A stretch of DNA of 64,000 nt. Source: a bacterium (GTDB lineage Bacteria > Patescibacteriota > Minisyncoccia > Phycocordibacterales > JBBTRF01). The notes under the pieces are model-generated. The model was not told where the DNA came from. It was given only the letters and a program-made list of their open reading frames with translations, and searched no databases. The position numbers and the translations under genes are program-made. The stretch is taken from positions 325,765 to 389,764 of the forward strand of contig JBAXTI010000001.1 in assembly GCA_037130265.1 (NCBI GenBank), in the 5' to 3' direction. Shown here in pieces: positions 1-10,069 of this stretch (the first letter of the stretch is position 1; every line of letters begins with the position of its first letter).

Positions 1-2099
1 TCACTGTCCAGGCAGGCATTCGTTGGCGTGATATTCAGGATTACATAGATCCGTATGATCTGTCGGTGAAGATTATGCAGACTTACTCCAATTTTACCGT
101 GGGCGGTTCGCTCTCAGTGAATGTTCATGGTCGCTATATCGGTCTCGGCCCGATCATTCTAAGCGTGAAGAGTTTCCGTATTGTTCTTGCTGACGGTCGA
201 GTCATTGAGGCGACCCCGCAGAAGAATAAAGACATATTTTACAGTGCTATCGGCGGCATGGGTGGAATCGGTGTTATTAGTGATGTGACGCTGGAACTCG
301 CAGACAATGTACGGGTTGAGCGAACAAGGACCAAGGTTGCCACCGAAGAGTATTATGAGCATTTCAAAAAGAATATTCGCGACAGCGGCACGGTACTGTT
401 TCACAATGGTGATATGTATCCGCCAGACTTCGAGTATGTCTCTTCGGTGAGTTGGATGGTTACCGACAAACCTGTCACTACTGATAGCCGTCTTATCCCG
501 CGGGCGAAAGACTACTGGTTTGAACGTTTTGCTTGGGTGGTAATGAGTGAGTGGCCGAAGGGTCGATGGGTCCGAGAAAACCTTATCGATCCACTGCTCT
601 ATAGTGGCGAAGCTCCGGTGCATACCCGCAACTATGAAGCGAGCTATGATGTTGCCGAGCTTGAGCCAGAGAAACGCAATGAAACCACGTACGTATTGCA
701 AGAATATTTTGTGCCGGTTGAAAAATTTGATGAGTGGGTTCCGAAGATGTCGAAAGTTTTTAATGACAATGATGTCAATGTGATTAACGTATCCATCCGT
801 CACGCACAGGCGGATTCCGGGGCAGTGCTCGCTTGGGCGCGAAAGGAGAGTTTTGCCTTTGTCGTCTACTACAAGCAGGGCACAGATGTTGGTGCTAAGG
901 CACAAGTGGCGCGTTGGACGAATCAAATGATCGATCAGGTGCTTTCTGTTGGCGGTACTTACTACTTGCCGTATCAGCTCCTGGCAACAAACGACCAAAT
1001 ACATCGAGCTTATCCGCATCTCGTGGAGTATTTTGAGATCAAAAATCATTATGATCCGACTGACAAATTCACCAACAAACTCTGGGATACGTATTACAGC
1101 AAAGAAAAGCTTGAGTACTACAAAAAACGACAAAAGGAGCTCTCTGTCGCAAGTACGACGAAAGAATATTATCGACCTGTCGACAACGCGTATTTGGCAC
1201 TTCCTGAGTGGTATATCGTATACAGTGCAGACGAATATGCGCAGGTGTTGAAGGACGCACTTCCTTCGGATTTTCGGTATTTCGGAGCTATTGGTGATTT
1301 TCGAAGGCAATACAAGGCCGTACTCGATATTGCCTCCACGAGCCCGCACAATAACGATGATTACAAGCTAGTATTGAAGGTTATTGGTCTGAGTTTTGGT
1401 GCTGAAAATATCATAAAGGGTTTGTATGAAAATATAATAGGTGCAGCTTCGGAGTGGGTTGCCGGCAATGTTCAGGTGCCCGAAGACATGTACGCCGCCA
1501 AGGTCGCGGCGGAGTATGCCCGATTCATTTACGACTATCCATGGTACGACTTCCACTACTGGTCTGCACTGAAGGGTGTTTGGGCGGTGAGTGCGGAAAA
1601 AGATTATTCCTTGCTGCAGGATTTCCGCAGACTAGAAAGAAAATTCTTCCTCACTTTTGAATTTGGTGCGAAAGCCTTCTACTCTTCAATCATTGCTTTT
1701 GCAACCCACGCACAATTTGGAGTGCAGGATGATATCGTCTACGCGGTGGTCACTAGAGACGGCGGGAAGACTACTGAATTGATCAGCGCTTCGCACTATC
1801 AGCCATTTACGAGGCTGTTGAATACGGAACTAGATAAAGAGAAGGCGAACAAAGGTTTCCAAGTCTGGGATATCTCCGGTAACAATGTGATCACGCTCAC
1901 TTACAGAGACATGGTCGGCGCCAAAGTACTCACCGGCACCAAGGAAATCGAAAGGGATTCTCAAATCGACGCAATTCAGGACGGCACACCGAGCTTTGTC
2001 GAACGCGTCACTGTCGAGGTACGTGTTCAGGATCTACCTCTTGTTTATCGGACACTGAAAGACAACAATATTCAAGTAGATCACTATTACGACTACTGA
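1..2099 (+). CDS. FAD-binding oxidoreductase (FAD-linked oxidase, ALO/GULO-like); 5' end lies outside the window
   Basis: Reading frame is open from nt 3 with no upstream stop. FAD_binding_4-type motifs GGSLSVNVHGR and GGIGVISDVTLEL occur in mid-domain, so the gene must begin upstream. A ~250-aa C-terminal extension has no recognisable family. Confidence 0.6.
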   Translation, partial: TVQAGIRWRDIQDYIDPYDLSVKIMQTYSNFTVGGSLSVNVHGRYIGLGPIILSVKSFRIVLADGRVIEATPQKNKDIFYSAIGGMGGIGVISDVTLELADNVRVERTRTKVATEEYYEHFKKNIRDSGTVLFHNGDMYPPDFEYVSSVSWMVTDKPVTTDSRLIPRAKDYWFERFAWVVMSEWPKGRWVRENLIDPLLYSGEAPVHTRNYEASYDVAELEPEKRNETTYVLQEYFVPVEKFDEWVPKMSKVFNDNDVNVINVSIRHAQADSGAVLAWARKESFAFVVYYKQGTDVGAKAQVARWTNQMIDQVLSVGGTYYLPYQLLATNDQIHRAYPHLVEYFEIKNHYDPTDKFTNKLWDTYYSKEKLEYYKKRQKELSVASTTKEYYRPVDNAYLALPEWYIVYSADEYAQVLKDALPSDFRYFGAIGDFRRQYKAVLDIASTSPHNNDDYKLVLKVIGLSFGAENIIKGLYENIIGAASEWVAGNVQVPEDMYAAKVAAEYARFIYDYPWYDFHYWSALKGVWAVSAEKDYSLLQDFRRLERKFFLTFEFGAKAFYSSIIAFATHAQFGVQDDIVYAVVTRDGGKTTELISASHYQPFTRLLNTELDKEKANKGFQVWDISGNNVITLTYRDMVGAKVLTGTKEIERDSQIDAIQDGTPSFVERVTVEVRVQDLPLVYRTLKDNNIQVDHYYDY

Positions 2100-2174
2100 T
2101 TCTTTGTTTAAATATCTGACGCGGAATGTTGTAATATCTACTAAGCGATCTGATGAAATAAAATTACGGAAAGG

Positions 2175-4007
2175 TTGTATTATGAGTATATGATCTATAG
2201 TCCAAAGTCGCCTCATTTCGGGCATAAAGCAAAAGCGTATATTTTGGCCCATCGGGTGATGTCGGGGATGGCTGCAGTCGTTGTTGTCGGTCTCGGATAC
2301 TGGACTCTCTCGCCAGCAGCATCGACCGCTACGCAGACCCGCTACGTCCTCGGAGAGGTTTCGAAGAGTACGATTGTCGCCTCTCTTTCCGCTTCCGGCC
2401 AAGTGGCGACGTCGCAGCAGATCGACATCAAGCCAAAGGTTTCCGGAGAGGTGGTGTGGGTAGGAGTGAAGCCAGGCGATACTGTTCGTGCTGGGCAGGC
2501 ACTGGTCGTGCTCGACAATACCGACGCAAAACGTACCTTCCTCGATACCGAACAGTCGTATGCGCAGGCATCGCTTCAGTACCAAAAGGATTCAGCGCAG
2601 GCGCCAATCGATTATCAGAAGGCGACCGAGGCGCTCGATGCTGCGAAAGCCGACCTCGTAACGACCTACAACGACACCTTCAATGCCGTCTCAACGACTT
2701 TTTTGAATCTTCCGACTGCGGTCACTGGCATGTATAACATTTTGTACGGCTACGATCTCAATACTAATAAAAGCCAGTGGAACATCGACGGTTTTAAAGG
2801 TCTATTCACTGATCCTGCGCAGAAATCGAGTGTTGAGAGCTTCGCCGATGCGGCCGAAGCTGATTACAAGCTTGCACAGCCAAAATACGATGCGAGCCTC
2901 GATATGTACAAGAAACTCACTCGATATGCCGATGGTACGTCTCTTGAAAAGCTTCTTGCTAGCGCGATAGAGAGTACGACAGCGGTGTCGCAGGCGTTGC
3001 AGAGTGAGATCAATATGCTCGATATGATTGAGACGTATTCGAAGCAGAACAATCGCCAAGTTGTTTCTTCGGTTGCTTCGATGCAGACAAACGCTCGAAG
3101 CTATCTTTCGACAGCGAATACGCAACTGAGTTCGCTCCTCTCCCGACAAAAAACTCTCGACACTACCAAGAAGGCGATTCGCGACAACGAACGCAGCATT
3201 CAGATCCTCACCATTGCCAACCCGAGTGGCGACAAGCCGATTAGCTTGCAGGCTGCCGGACAAAATCTCGCATCGCAAGCCCGCAGCCTAGAGAAGGCAC
3301 GACAGGATCTGGCCAACTACACTGTCGTCGCGCCATTTGCTGGCAAGATCGCATCCGTAAATGCAGAAAAATTTAATACCGTAGGAAGTGGTACTGCCGT
3401 GGCCACACTGATCACCAACAAGCAGGTCGCAAGTCTTTCGCTGAGCGAAGTGGATGTGGCGAAAATCCAGCTTGGCGACAAAGCAACGCTCACTTTTGAT
3501 GCGATCGACGAACTTTCGCTTACCGGCGCAGTCACGCAGATCGACCTGGTAGGCACGGTTTCTCAAGGTGTCGTGAATTACAAAGTGCAGATTACATTCG
3601 ATATCGATGACACGCGAGTGAAGCCGGGCATGACCGTGAATGCTTCTATTGTCACTGATGTGAAGCAGGATGTACTCACTGTGCCTTCGACAGCGGTGAA
3701 GGTGAGGAACGGAGCGAGCTACGTTCTCGTCTTCGATCCTGCTTTGGCTGATGTTGCAAGGTCGGATAGTGCAGCTGGTGGTGCGGCGACACAGGGTATT
3801 GTTCCTGTCGTTGAACCAAAGCAAGTCACTGTCGTCGTAGGTATTTCCAACGACACCGAAACAGAGATTATTTCCGGTTTGAAGGAGGGGCAGCAGATTG
3901 TCGCGCGTACGATCGCTGGTACGGCTGTGAAAACAGCTGCGCAGACAGCTCCTTCGCTCTTTGGCACTGGTGGCGGTGCAGCCCGTGCGGTCGGTGGCGG
4001 GCGATAG
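2175..4007 (+). CDS. Efflux transporter periplasmic adaptor subunit (HlyD/MacA family) with a very long coiled-coil hairpin
   Basis: N-terminal TM anchor (MAAVVVVGLGYW), lipoyl-like segment (VKPGDTVRAGQALVVLD), ~250-aa helical hairpin and C-terminal beta domains. Sits directly upstream of an ABC ATPase + FtsX permease pair. The true start may be an internal ATG near 2259. Confidence 0.6.
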   Translation: MYYEYMIYSPKSPHFGHKAKAYILAHRVMSGMAAVVVVGLGYWTLSPAASTATQTRYVLGEVSKSTIVASLSASGQVATSQQIDIKPKVSGEVVWVGVKPGDTVRAGQALVVLDNTDAKRTFLDTEQSYAQASLQYQKDSAQAPIDYQKATEALDAAKADLVTTYNDTFNAVSTTFLNLPTAVTGMYNILYGYDLNTNKSQWNIDGFKGLFTDPAQKSSVESFADAAEADYKLAQPKYDASLDMYKKLTRYADGTSLEKLLASAIESTTAVSQALQSEINMLDMIETYSKQNNRQVVSSVASMQTNARSYLSTANTQLSSLLSRQKTLDTTKKAIRDNERSIQILTIANPSGDKPISLQAAGQNLASQARSLEKARQDLANYTVVAPFAGKIASVNAEKFNTVGSGTAVATLITNKQVASLSLSEVDVAKIQLGDKATLTFDAIDELSLTGAVTQIDLVGTVSQGVVNYKVQITFDIDDTRVKPGMTVNASIVTDVKQDVLTVPSTAVKVRNGASYVLVFDPALADVARSDSAAGGAATQGIVPVVEPKQVTVVVGISNDTETEIISGLKEGQQIVARTIAGTAVKTAAQTAPSLFGTGGGAARAVGGGR

Positions 4008-4016
4008 TGTATCTGT

Positions 4017-4706
4017 ATGATCGAAATCAATAATATCACCAAGCAGTATGGCACCGGCGAAGCGGCTTTTCAGGCGCTTAAAGGCGTGTCGTTCAAAATA
4101 GAGGATGGCGAATTTGTCGCAATCATGGGACCTTCCGGTTCTGGTAAATCCACACTGATGCATATTTTGGGTTGCCTCGACACGCCGACGTCCGGCACGT
4201 ACCATTTGGACGGCAAGGATGTCTCCGCTCTGTCCGACGATGAGCTGGCACATATTCGCAAAGGGAAGATTGGTTTTGTATTTCAATCGTTCAATCTGTT
4301 GCCGCGCACGACGGTGTTACGCAATGTCATGCTGCCACTCATGTATGCCGGTCTGCCGCCGGAAGATAGGGAAACACGCGCGATCGCCGCGCTGACCGCT
4401 TCGGGTTTGGCGGAGAGTCATTTTGCGCACCGCTCCAACGAGCTTTCCGGCGGGCAGATTCAGCGCGTCGCGATCGCGCGTGCCCTAGTAAATAACCCGA
4501 CTCTCATTCTTGCTGATGAACCAACCGGAAACCTTGATACCGTCACTGGCAATATCGTCCTCGACACTTTCGAACGTCTCAATCGTGAGCAGGGTCGTAC
4601 CGTCGTGCTTATCACTCACGAGCCGGATGTCGCTGCGCATGCGCGACGCATTATCATGATCCGCGACGGGGTAATTGTCTCTGACAAGAAAAATGAATCT
4701 CACTGA
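4017..4706 (+). CDS. ABC transporter ATP-binding protein (MacB/LolD type)
   Basis: Walker [13 protein letters not shown] signature [15 protein letters not shown], Walker [13 protein letters not shown]. Confidence 0.9.
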   Translation: MIEINNITKQYGTGEAAFQALKGVSFKIEDGEFVAIMGPSGSGKSTLMHILGCLDTPTSGTYHLDGKDVSALSDDELAHIRKGKIGFVFQSFNLLPRTTVLRNVMLPLMYAGLPPEDRETRAIAALTASGLAESHFAHRSNELSGGQIQRVAIARALVNNPTLILADEPTGNLDTVTGNIVLDTFERLNREQGRTVVLITHEPDVAAHARRIIMIRDGVIVSDKKNESH

Positions 4707-5916
4707 TCTCTTTCATGAAACATACGCGGCACTCTCGGCGAACAAAGTTCGCTCTGGATTGACCATTCTGGGTATCGTCATCGGTATTTCTTCCGTGATC
4801 GCCATGATTTCGATAGGGCAGGGCGCGCAGGGCAGCATCGAGTCGCGCATTCAGTCGCTCGGCGCGAACCTCATCCAGGTGATGCCCGGCCGCCAGCGCA
4901 GCCAGGGCTTCGGGGTCTCCAGCGGTCGCGGTTCGGCGCAGTCTCTTACCCTCGATGATGCCAACGCAATTGTCACTCAAGTCGCCGGCGTGAAAGCAAT
5001 CTCACCGGAAGTCTCCGGGCGATATCAGGTGACCGCAAAAGGCACGAACACGAATACTTCCGTGATCGGCGTCATGGAAAGCTATTTGTCGGTACGCAAT
5101 GCCGCCCTCGCGGACGGCGCTTTTATTGCTGATGGTCAACTTTCGTCTGCACCAAAAGTGGCAGTGCTTGGTCCTACTGTCGAGCTCGATCTTTTTGGCG
5201 AAGGGAGCTCGGCTATTGGGCAGACAATTCGCATCAACAAGATGGAGTTCAAAGTGATCGGCGTCACTGTAGCAAAGGGCAGTAGCGGTTTCAGTAATCA
5301 AGACGACACGATCTTCATTCCGATCACCACGGCACAGCGGTATTTGTCCGGCAGTAAATATGTTTCATCGATCAGTGCGCAGGCTACGGATGCGGACGTC
5401 ATGACGCAAGCAGCGCAGGATATTACCGATTTACTGCTCACTCGCCACAAGATCTCCGACCCCACTTCGGCCGACTTCAGTATCCTGAATCAAAGCGACA
5501 TCATCTCAACTGCTTCGAGTATCACCCAGACCTTCACTATTTTGTTGGCAGCTGTCGCCGGCATTTCGCTGGTGGTGGGCGGTATCGGTATCATGAACAT
5601 GATGCTCACCACGGTCACTGAACGCACGCGAGAAATCGGCTTGCGAAAGGCGATCGGTGCGACGCGGAGCGATATTAGCAAACAATTCCTCATCGAATCG
5701 GTGATTTTGACACTGATCGGTGGAATTGTCGGTACGCTATTGGGTGTGGTTGTTTCGTATACGATAACAGCGCTCAATATTCTCCAGACGAGCGTCTCGG
5801 TGACCTCGGTCTTGCTCGCTTTCGGCGTTTCGGCGGGAATCGGAGTGATCTTCGGGTGGTATCCCGCCCGGCGGGCCGCAGCGCTCAATCCGATCGAGGC
5901 GCTGCGGTATGAGTAG
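4693..5916 (+). CDS. ABC transporter permease, FtsX/MacB family
   Basis: N-terminal TM, large extracytoplasmic domain and three C-terminal TMs, as in MacB-type permeases. Overlaps the ATPase stop. ORF-track start is 4675; the ATG at 4693 (MNLTDLF...) is preferred. Confidence 0.75.
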   Translation: MNLTDLFHETYAALSANKVRSGLTILGIVIGISSVIAMISIGQGAQGSIESRIQSLGANLIQVMPGRQRSQGFGVSSGRGSAQSLTLDDANAIVTQVAGVKAISPEVSGRYQVTAKGTNTNTSVIGVMESYLSVRNAALADGAFIADGQLSSAPKVAVLGPTVELDLFGEGSSAIGQTIRINKMEFKVIGVTVAKGSSGFSNQDDTIFIPITTAQRYLSGSKYVSSISAQATDADVMTQAAQDITDLLLTRHKISDPTSADFSILNQSDIISTASSITQTFTILLAAVAGISLVVGGIGIMNMMLTTVTERTREIGLRKAIGATRSDISKQFLIESVILTLIGGIVGTLLGVVVSYTITALNILQTSVSVTSVLLAFGVSAGIGVIFGWYPARRAAALNPIEALRYE

Positions 5917-5962
5917 CGGATAAAAAATAGATCAAGAAAAAATAAAAACATAATTAACATAT

Positions 5963-6421
5963 ATGAATCAGATACATCACACGAACAGCAACATGATAAA
6001 AATGATCGGTGCGGCAGTAATCATCGCAGCTCTCGCATTTTATGCCGGACTGAGTTACGGGAAGCGCTCGTCTTCGGTGATAGCCACTACTGGCCAAGGT
6101 ACTAATTTTTCCGCACGAACAGGCGGGGCTGGCTTTGCTGGTGGAGGAACTACCGCCGGCGGACGCAGAGCTGTTGCAGGTGGTGGCTTTGCCACAGGAG
6201 AAGTGCTCTCAAAAGATGCCTCAGGGGTTACCTTGAAGCTCCAGGATGGTGGCACAAAAATCATCTTCATTGCGACCTCGACTCAAGTGATGAAGGCCAC
6301 TATCGGCTCGCTGGCAGACCTTGCGGTTGGCACAAATGTGACTATCATGGGTACTACCAACAGCGATGGTAGCATCGCAGCAAAGTCGGTCCAGATTCGT
6401 CCAAATGGAACCAACAGATGA
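5963..6421 (+). CDS. Secreted Gly-rich beta-strand protein (DUF5666-like), hypothetical
   Basis: Signal/TM anchor MIKMIGAAVIIAALAF, Gly/Ala-rich linker, and C-terminal motif VTIMGTTNSDGSIAAKSVQIRP. Confidence 0.4.
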   Translation: MNQIHHTNSNMIKMIGAAVIIAALAFYAGLSYGKRSSSVIATTGQGTNFSARTGGAGFAGGGTTAGGRRAVAGGGFATGEVLSKDASGVTLKLQDGGTKIIFIATSTQVMKATIGSLADLAVGTNVTIMGTTNSDGSIAAKSVQIRPNGTNR

Positions 6422-6971
6422 ACAAATTGTAGAGAAGGTTCAGGCCGGTGATGCCGAGGCTTTTGGTGTGCTCATGTCGCGCTACGAAAAGAAAATTCTT
6501 CGCTATGGCCGGAAATTTTTGCAAGACACGGAAGATATCAAAGACCTCGTGCAGGAAGTGTTCGTGAAAACCTACATGAACATCCGTAGTTTCGACACGA
6601 GCAAGCGTTTCTCGCCGTGGATCTATCGCATTGCGCACAACGAATTTGTGAATGCGCTGAAGAAGAACCGCTTCAGATTTTTTCCGTTCTTCGATTTTGA
6701 TAAGGACATTGTGTTTCCGCATCCAATCGCCGAAGAGACCGCGGACACCGAAGCGGAAGGCAGAATCAATAAGGAGTTGCTCGACAAGTGTCTCCATCAA
6801 ATCGATGCAAAATACCAAGAGGTGCTCATCCTCTCGTATTACGAAGAGCTGGGGTATCAGGAGATCGCTGAAGTGCTGCAAATCCCGATGTCGACAGTCG
6901 GCGTCCGGTTGCGGCGGGCGAAAGCGCAGTTAAAGAAGATCTATGAACACACCTATGGAACACAAGCATAA
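6405..6971 (+). CDS. RNA polymerase sigma-70 factor, ECF subfamily
   Basis: Region 2 (DLVQEVFVKTY...FSPWIYRIAHNEFVNALKK) and region 4 HTH (YQEIAEVLQIPMSTVGVRLRRAK). ORF-track start is 6366; the ATG at 6405 is preferred. Confidence 0.8.
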   Translation: MEPTDEQIVEKVQAGDAEAFGVLMSRYEKKILRYGRKFLQDTEDIKDLVQEVFVKTYMNIRSFDTSKRFSPWIYRIAHNEFVNALKKNRFRFFPFFDFDKDIVFPHPIAEETADTEAEGRINKELLDKCLHQIDAKYQEVLILSYYEELGYQEIAEVLQIPMSTVGVRLRRAKAQLKKIYEHTYGTQA

Positions 6972-7713
6972 CAACAACACACTACAGGAGACACTGCTCG
7001 CCAAGATCAAGGAGGGGCAGATGGTGATGCGTCCGCGCTGGCACTTTGTCCTGAAGGCCGTTTTGGGCATTCTGGGCATCATTATTATGGCAATGGCGGC
7101 GCTGTATTTGATCAGTTTCATTTTGTTTGCCTTGCGCGAGGCTGGCCTACTCTTTATTCCAGGTTTCGGTTTTCATGGTGTCGGCGTGTTTCTTTTCTCC
7201 TTGCCGTGGATCCTTATTTTGGTGTCGCTGGTGTTTATCGTCTGCCTCGAATTACTCGTAAAGCGTTATGCTTTCAGCTATCGAAAACCGCTGCTGTATT
7301 CCGTATTTGGAGGGCTCGGACTCGTAGTGTTTGGTAGTGCGCTACTTTTCCATTTTGGTTTCCATGAGCAGGTATTTAAGTTTGTTGAACGACAGGGGAT
7401 GCCCGTGATGGACCCGTTCTATCGAGGGTACGCCTTACCTCGAGGCGAAGGCGTGCATCGTGGCAGTATCTCTGGCTTTACGGAGAAGGGGCTGACGATC
7501 ACCACACGCCGCGGCGACGTTTTGGAAGTGCAGATTGCTTCAGAAACCGCTTTTCCGTATGGGCTCGACTTACAGATCGGCGACGAGATTGTTGTGTTGG
7601 GTGAGCGAGCGAGCAGTACCATTGAGGCTGTCGGTATTCGTCGCATCGATGAGCGTATGCGACCGCCAATGCGCGGTATGATGTGGGGTCGACGCGGGCA
7701 AGAGGTGAAATAG
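6943..7713 (+). CDS. Multi-pass membrane protein, putative anti-sigma factor (assigned by position only)
   Basis: Overlaps the ECF sigma stop. Has a cytoplasmic N-terminus, several TM helices and an extracytoplasmic C-domain. No zinc anti-sigma motif is recognisable. Confidence 0.35.
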   Translation: MNTPMEHKHNNNTLQETLLAKIKEGQMVMRPRWHFVLKAVLGILGIIIMAMAALYLISFILFALREAGLLFIPGFGFHGVGVFLFSLPWILILVSLVFIVCLELLVKRYAFSYRKPLLYSVFGGLGLVVFGSALLFHFGFHEQVFKFVERQGMPVMDPFYRGYALPRGEGVHRGSISGFTEKGLTITTRRGDVLEVQIASETAFPYGLDLQIGDEIVVLGERASSTIEAVGIRRIDERMRPPMRGMMWGRRGQEVK

Positions 7714-7848
7714 CGCGGCGGCGAAGCGCAGACCTGCAGGAGGTGAAGCAGGTGAAATATGTTGTGTCCAAAATTGTATTAATAGGTGCCGGCAAAGAGA
7801 TCGCCGGTGCGCGCGGATTATCCGATACATTACAAATACATACAATAT

Positions 7849-8322
7849 ATGAAACGAACAAACACAAAACTCGCATTATACGCAATCTTGCCGGTCCTCG
7901 GACTCGGCCTGCTGGCGGGAACGACCACCGCTTCGGCACATGGTTTTCCGATGGCGAATCTTACTCCACAGGAGATCGCGACCAAGCAGTCGACCATGTT
8001 TGAAGCTCAGGCCAATCTCATCGGCGCCACTGTTGCCGAAGTGAAGGCGGCGTGGGCGCAAGGGAAGTCTCTTGAACAATTGGCGACTGAGAAAGGCGTC
8101 ACTAAAGAGGTTTTGAAGACCAAGATGGAAGCTCAGCGAAAGGCGCAGCTCACCACTCAGCTTCAGGCTCTCGTCTCTCAGGGGGTGATTACTCAAGCTC
8201 AGGCGGATCAACGTCTCAGTTTCGTCACTACCCAGGCGACTACAAACGCCGGAAAGGGCAAAATGAAGCGGGGCATGATGGGTGGACGAGCGATGGGCGG
8301 TTTTGGTCGATTTGGGTTCTAG
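7849..8322 (+). CDS. Secreted hypothetical protein
   Basis: Signal peptide MKRTNTKLALYAILPVLGLGLLAGTTTASA, a helical Q/A/K-rich body and a Gly/Met-rich tail. ORF-track start is 7786. Confidence 0.4.
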   Translation: MKRTNTKLALYAILPVLGLGLLAGTTTASAHGFPMANLTPQEIATKQSTMFEAQANLIGATVAEVKAAWAQGKSLEQLATEKGVTKEVLKTKMEAQRKAQLTTQLQALVSQGVITQAQADQRLSFVTTQATTNAGKGKMKRGMMGGRAMGGFGRFGF

Positions 8323-8370
8323 ATGTAAGAGGCGGAAAAGCGATAACATCGATAGTGTAATTGAACACCA

Positions 8371-8395
8371 AAAATCCCCGGCAGCGGGGATTTTT
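8371..8395 (+). terminator. Rho-independent terminator
   Basis: Hairpin AATCCCCG-GCAG-CGGGGATT followed by TTTTT, ~50 nt after the stop at 8322. Confidence 0.5.
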
Positions 8396-8490
8396 GGTAC
8401 ATTGTTTGCTGCTATTATCCTATCCGCGAAGATATTGTCGCAAGAGTTGAGGGAGGTGACGAATCTCTAGATTTTTTATATACTGCAGTC

Positions 8491-9126
8491 ATGAAAAAGA
8501 AAGCCTCGGCAGACCTCACCCGTGACACCGAATTGTTGTATGAGATTGGATCCTTTCGCCATGTGCAACGAACATGGAAGCGCTTTCACAATTCAGATTT
8601 TGCGAATGCTTCTGAACATACCTTCCGCGTAATGTGGACGGCTTTGTTGCTTGCAAAACACGAACGTAAAATGGGTGGTGCAGCGAAAGCGGTGGATGAG
8701 GAAAAAATTCTGAAAATTGCCATGGCACACGATCTCGCGGAGAGTCGGACCGGTGACGTCGACTACATTTCCCGACAGTATACGCAGCGAGATGAGGAGA
8801 AGGGTGCATATGATATGTTTAACGGAACGGTTTTTGCGGCTGAGGTGTTGCCCTTACTTGCAGAGTATGAAAAGCGCGAATCGATGGAGGCAAAGATTGT
8901 AAAAGACGCCGATACTCTGGATGTTGAGCTCGAGCTGATGGAGGAACATTCTAGAGGCAACAAGGTCGCAGAGCGTCTCATGAGTCTTCGAAAGGTCGCA
9001 GTATTTGAGAAATTATTCACGGAAAGCGCATGCCAATTTTGGAACAAAATTCATCAGACTGACCCCCACGACTGGCACGTGAACTCATCCGGTAATCGTT
9101 TTAATAGCGGGGATTGGAAGAAGTAG
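8491..9126 (+). CDS. HD-domain phosphohydrolase (YfbR-like 5'-deoxynucleotidase family)
   Basis: Metal-binding motifs HTFRVMW, AMAHDLAESRTGD and DADTLD. Confidence 0.65.
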   Translation: MKKKASADLTRDTELLYEIGSFRHVQRTWKRFHNSDFANASEHTFRVMWTALLLAKHERKMGGAAKAVDEEKILKIAMAHDLAESRTGDVDYISRQYTQRDEEKGAYDMFNGTVFAAEVLPLLAEYEKRESMEAKIVKDADTLDVELELMEEHSRGNKVAERLMSLRKVAVFEKLFTESACQFWNKIHQTDPHDWHVNSSGNRFNSGDWKK

Positions 9127-9249
9127 CCAAAAAGGTTTGTATGAATGCGACTTGCCATTTCGTGGTTTTCACGGTATAACATTCTCACCTCCGGCTGTCG
9201 GGGGCGGGTTCTTTGATACCCAAACTGTTGGAATTGTAAGGGACAACCT

Positions 9250-9969
9250 ATGGCAAGGAAAAGTGCTCCTATTCTCGGTGTTCTCGTCGGTCCTTCCGGA
9301 GGCGGAAAGACTGAACTGCAAAAATTGTTGGCAGCGGCTGGTGTCGGCAAGCGCCTGATCACCTGCACTACGAGGGCTCGACGCCCTGACGAAATCGACG
9401 GGGTGGATTACCACTTCCTTACTCGCGATGATTTCGACATCAAGAAAGACGCAGGATCCTTCCTTGAATGGGCCTTGGTCCACGGCCATCTCTACGGCAC
9501 GCCGAAAGATGCGGTCCTCCAGACCCTGTCCGGCGGAGAGACGGTCATTCTTGCGATTGACATCCAAGGTCTCCGTCAGGTTCAACAGATTCAGAGTCCG
9601 CTGATTGAGCGTTCGTTGAGCAGTTTCTTCATCTACGCAAGCATTGGCACGATCCGTCAGCGAATCGCGCTACGCGCTTTCCTCGCCAACAAGCCGATTG
9701 AAGTAGCCGAATTGGATCTGCGCCTCAGCACGGCCAACGACGAGCTGCTTTGTCGCTCGGAATGCGATCGTGTGATCGACAATGATCGTGATGGCAATGA
9801 ACACCTGAAGCTGGCTTACGAGTCTCTTCTCGCCGGCATCCGCCTTCGTCAACAATGCGTCGCGCATGAATCCTGGCGGCGCTGGTTGGGTCAACCTTGG
9901 CTGGCTCGGGGTGCTACACCCACTTCGGCACCTGCTTCTGAGGCTGTCACAACTCCAACTCCCGCCTAA
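9250..9969 (+). CDS. gmk: Guanylate kinase
   Basis: P-loop GPSGGGKT and GMP-binding motif TTRARRPDEIDGVDYHF. Carries a ~40-aa low-complexity Pro/Thr/Ala C-terminal tail. Confidence 0.7.
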   Translation: MARKSAPILGVLVGPSGGGKTELQKLLAAAGVGKRLITCTTRARRPDEIDGVDYHFLTRDDFDIKKDAGSFLEWALVHGHLYGTPKDAVLQTLSGGETVILAIDIQGLRQVQQIQSPLIERSLSSFFIYASIGTIRQRIALRAFLANKPIEVAELDLRLSTANDELLCRSECDRVIDNDRDGNEHLKLAYESLLAGIRLRQQCVAHESWRRWLGQPWLARGATPTSAPASEAVTTPTPA

Positions 9970-9992
9970 GCTGACCTTCGACAATTCATCCG

Positions 9993-10031
9993 CCCGAAGC
10001 ACCTCACTGTGCTTCGGGCGTTTTCTTTTTG
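9993..10031 (+). terminator. Rho-independent terminator after gmk
   Basis: Hairpin GCCCGAAGCAC-CTCACT-GTGCTTCGGGC followed by GTTTTCTTTTT. Confidence 0.55.
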
Positions 10032-10069
10032 TCGGCTCCGTGATATACAATAGATGTCTATTCGCCGCC

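Noticed and set aside
159-1349. 396-aa minus-strand ORF inside the FAD oxidase gene; similar long antisense ORFs at 3288..4286, 15884..16552, 18731..19765, 51535..52131 and 53080..53658
   Set aside because: They lie entirely antisense to strongly supported genes, have low-complexity translations and no motifs. These are shadow ORFs of the kind GC-rich coding sequence produces.
8447-8452. Candidate -35 box TTGAGG for the HD-hydrolase gene
   Set aside because: Its spacing to the TATACT -10 is ~26 nt, which is incompatible with a sigma-70 promoter. Only the -10/leaderless pattern is reported.
9866-10069. ORF-track N-terminal extension of trhO that overlaps gmk
   Set aside because: The extension spans the gmk 3' end and the gmk terminator hairpin. 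The rhodanese-family alignment begins at the ATG at 10070.
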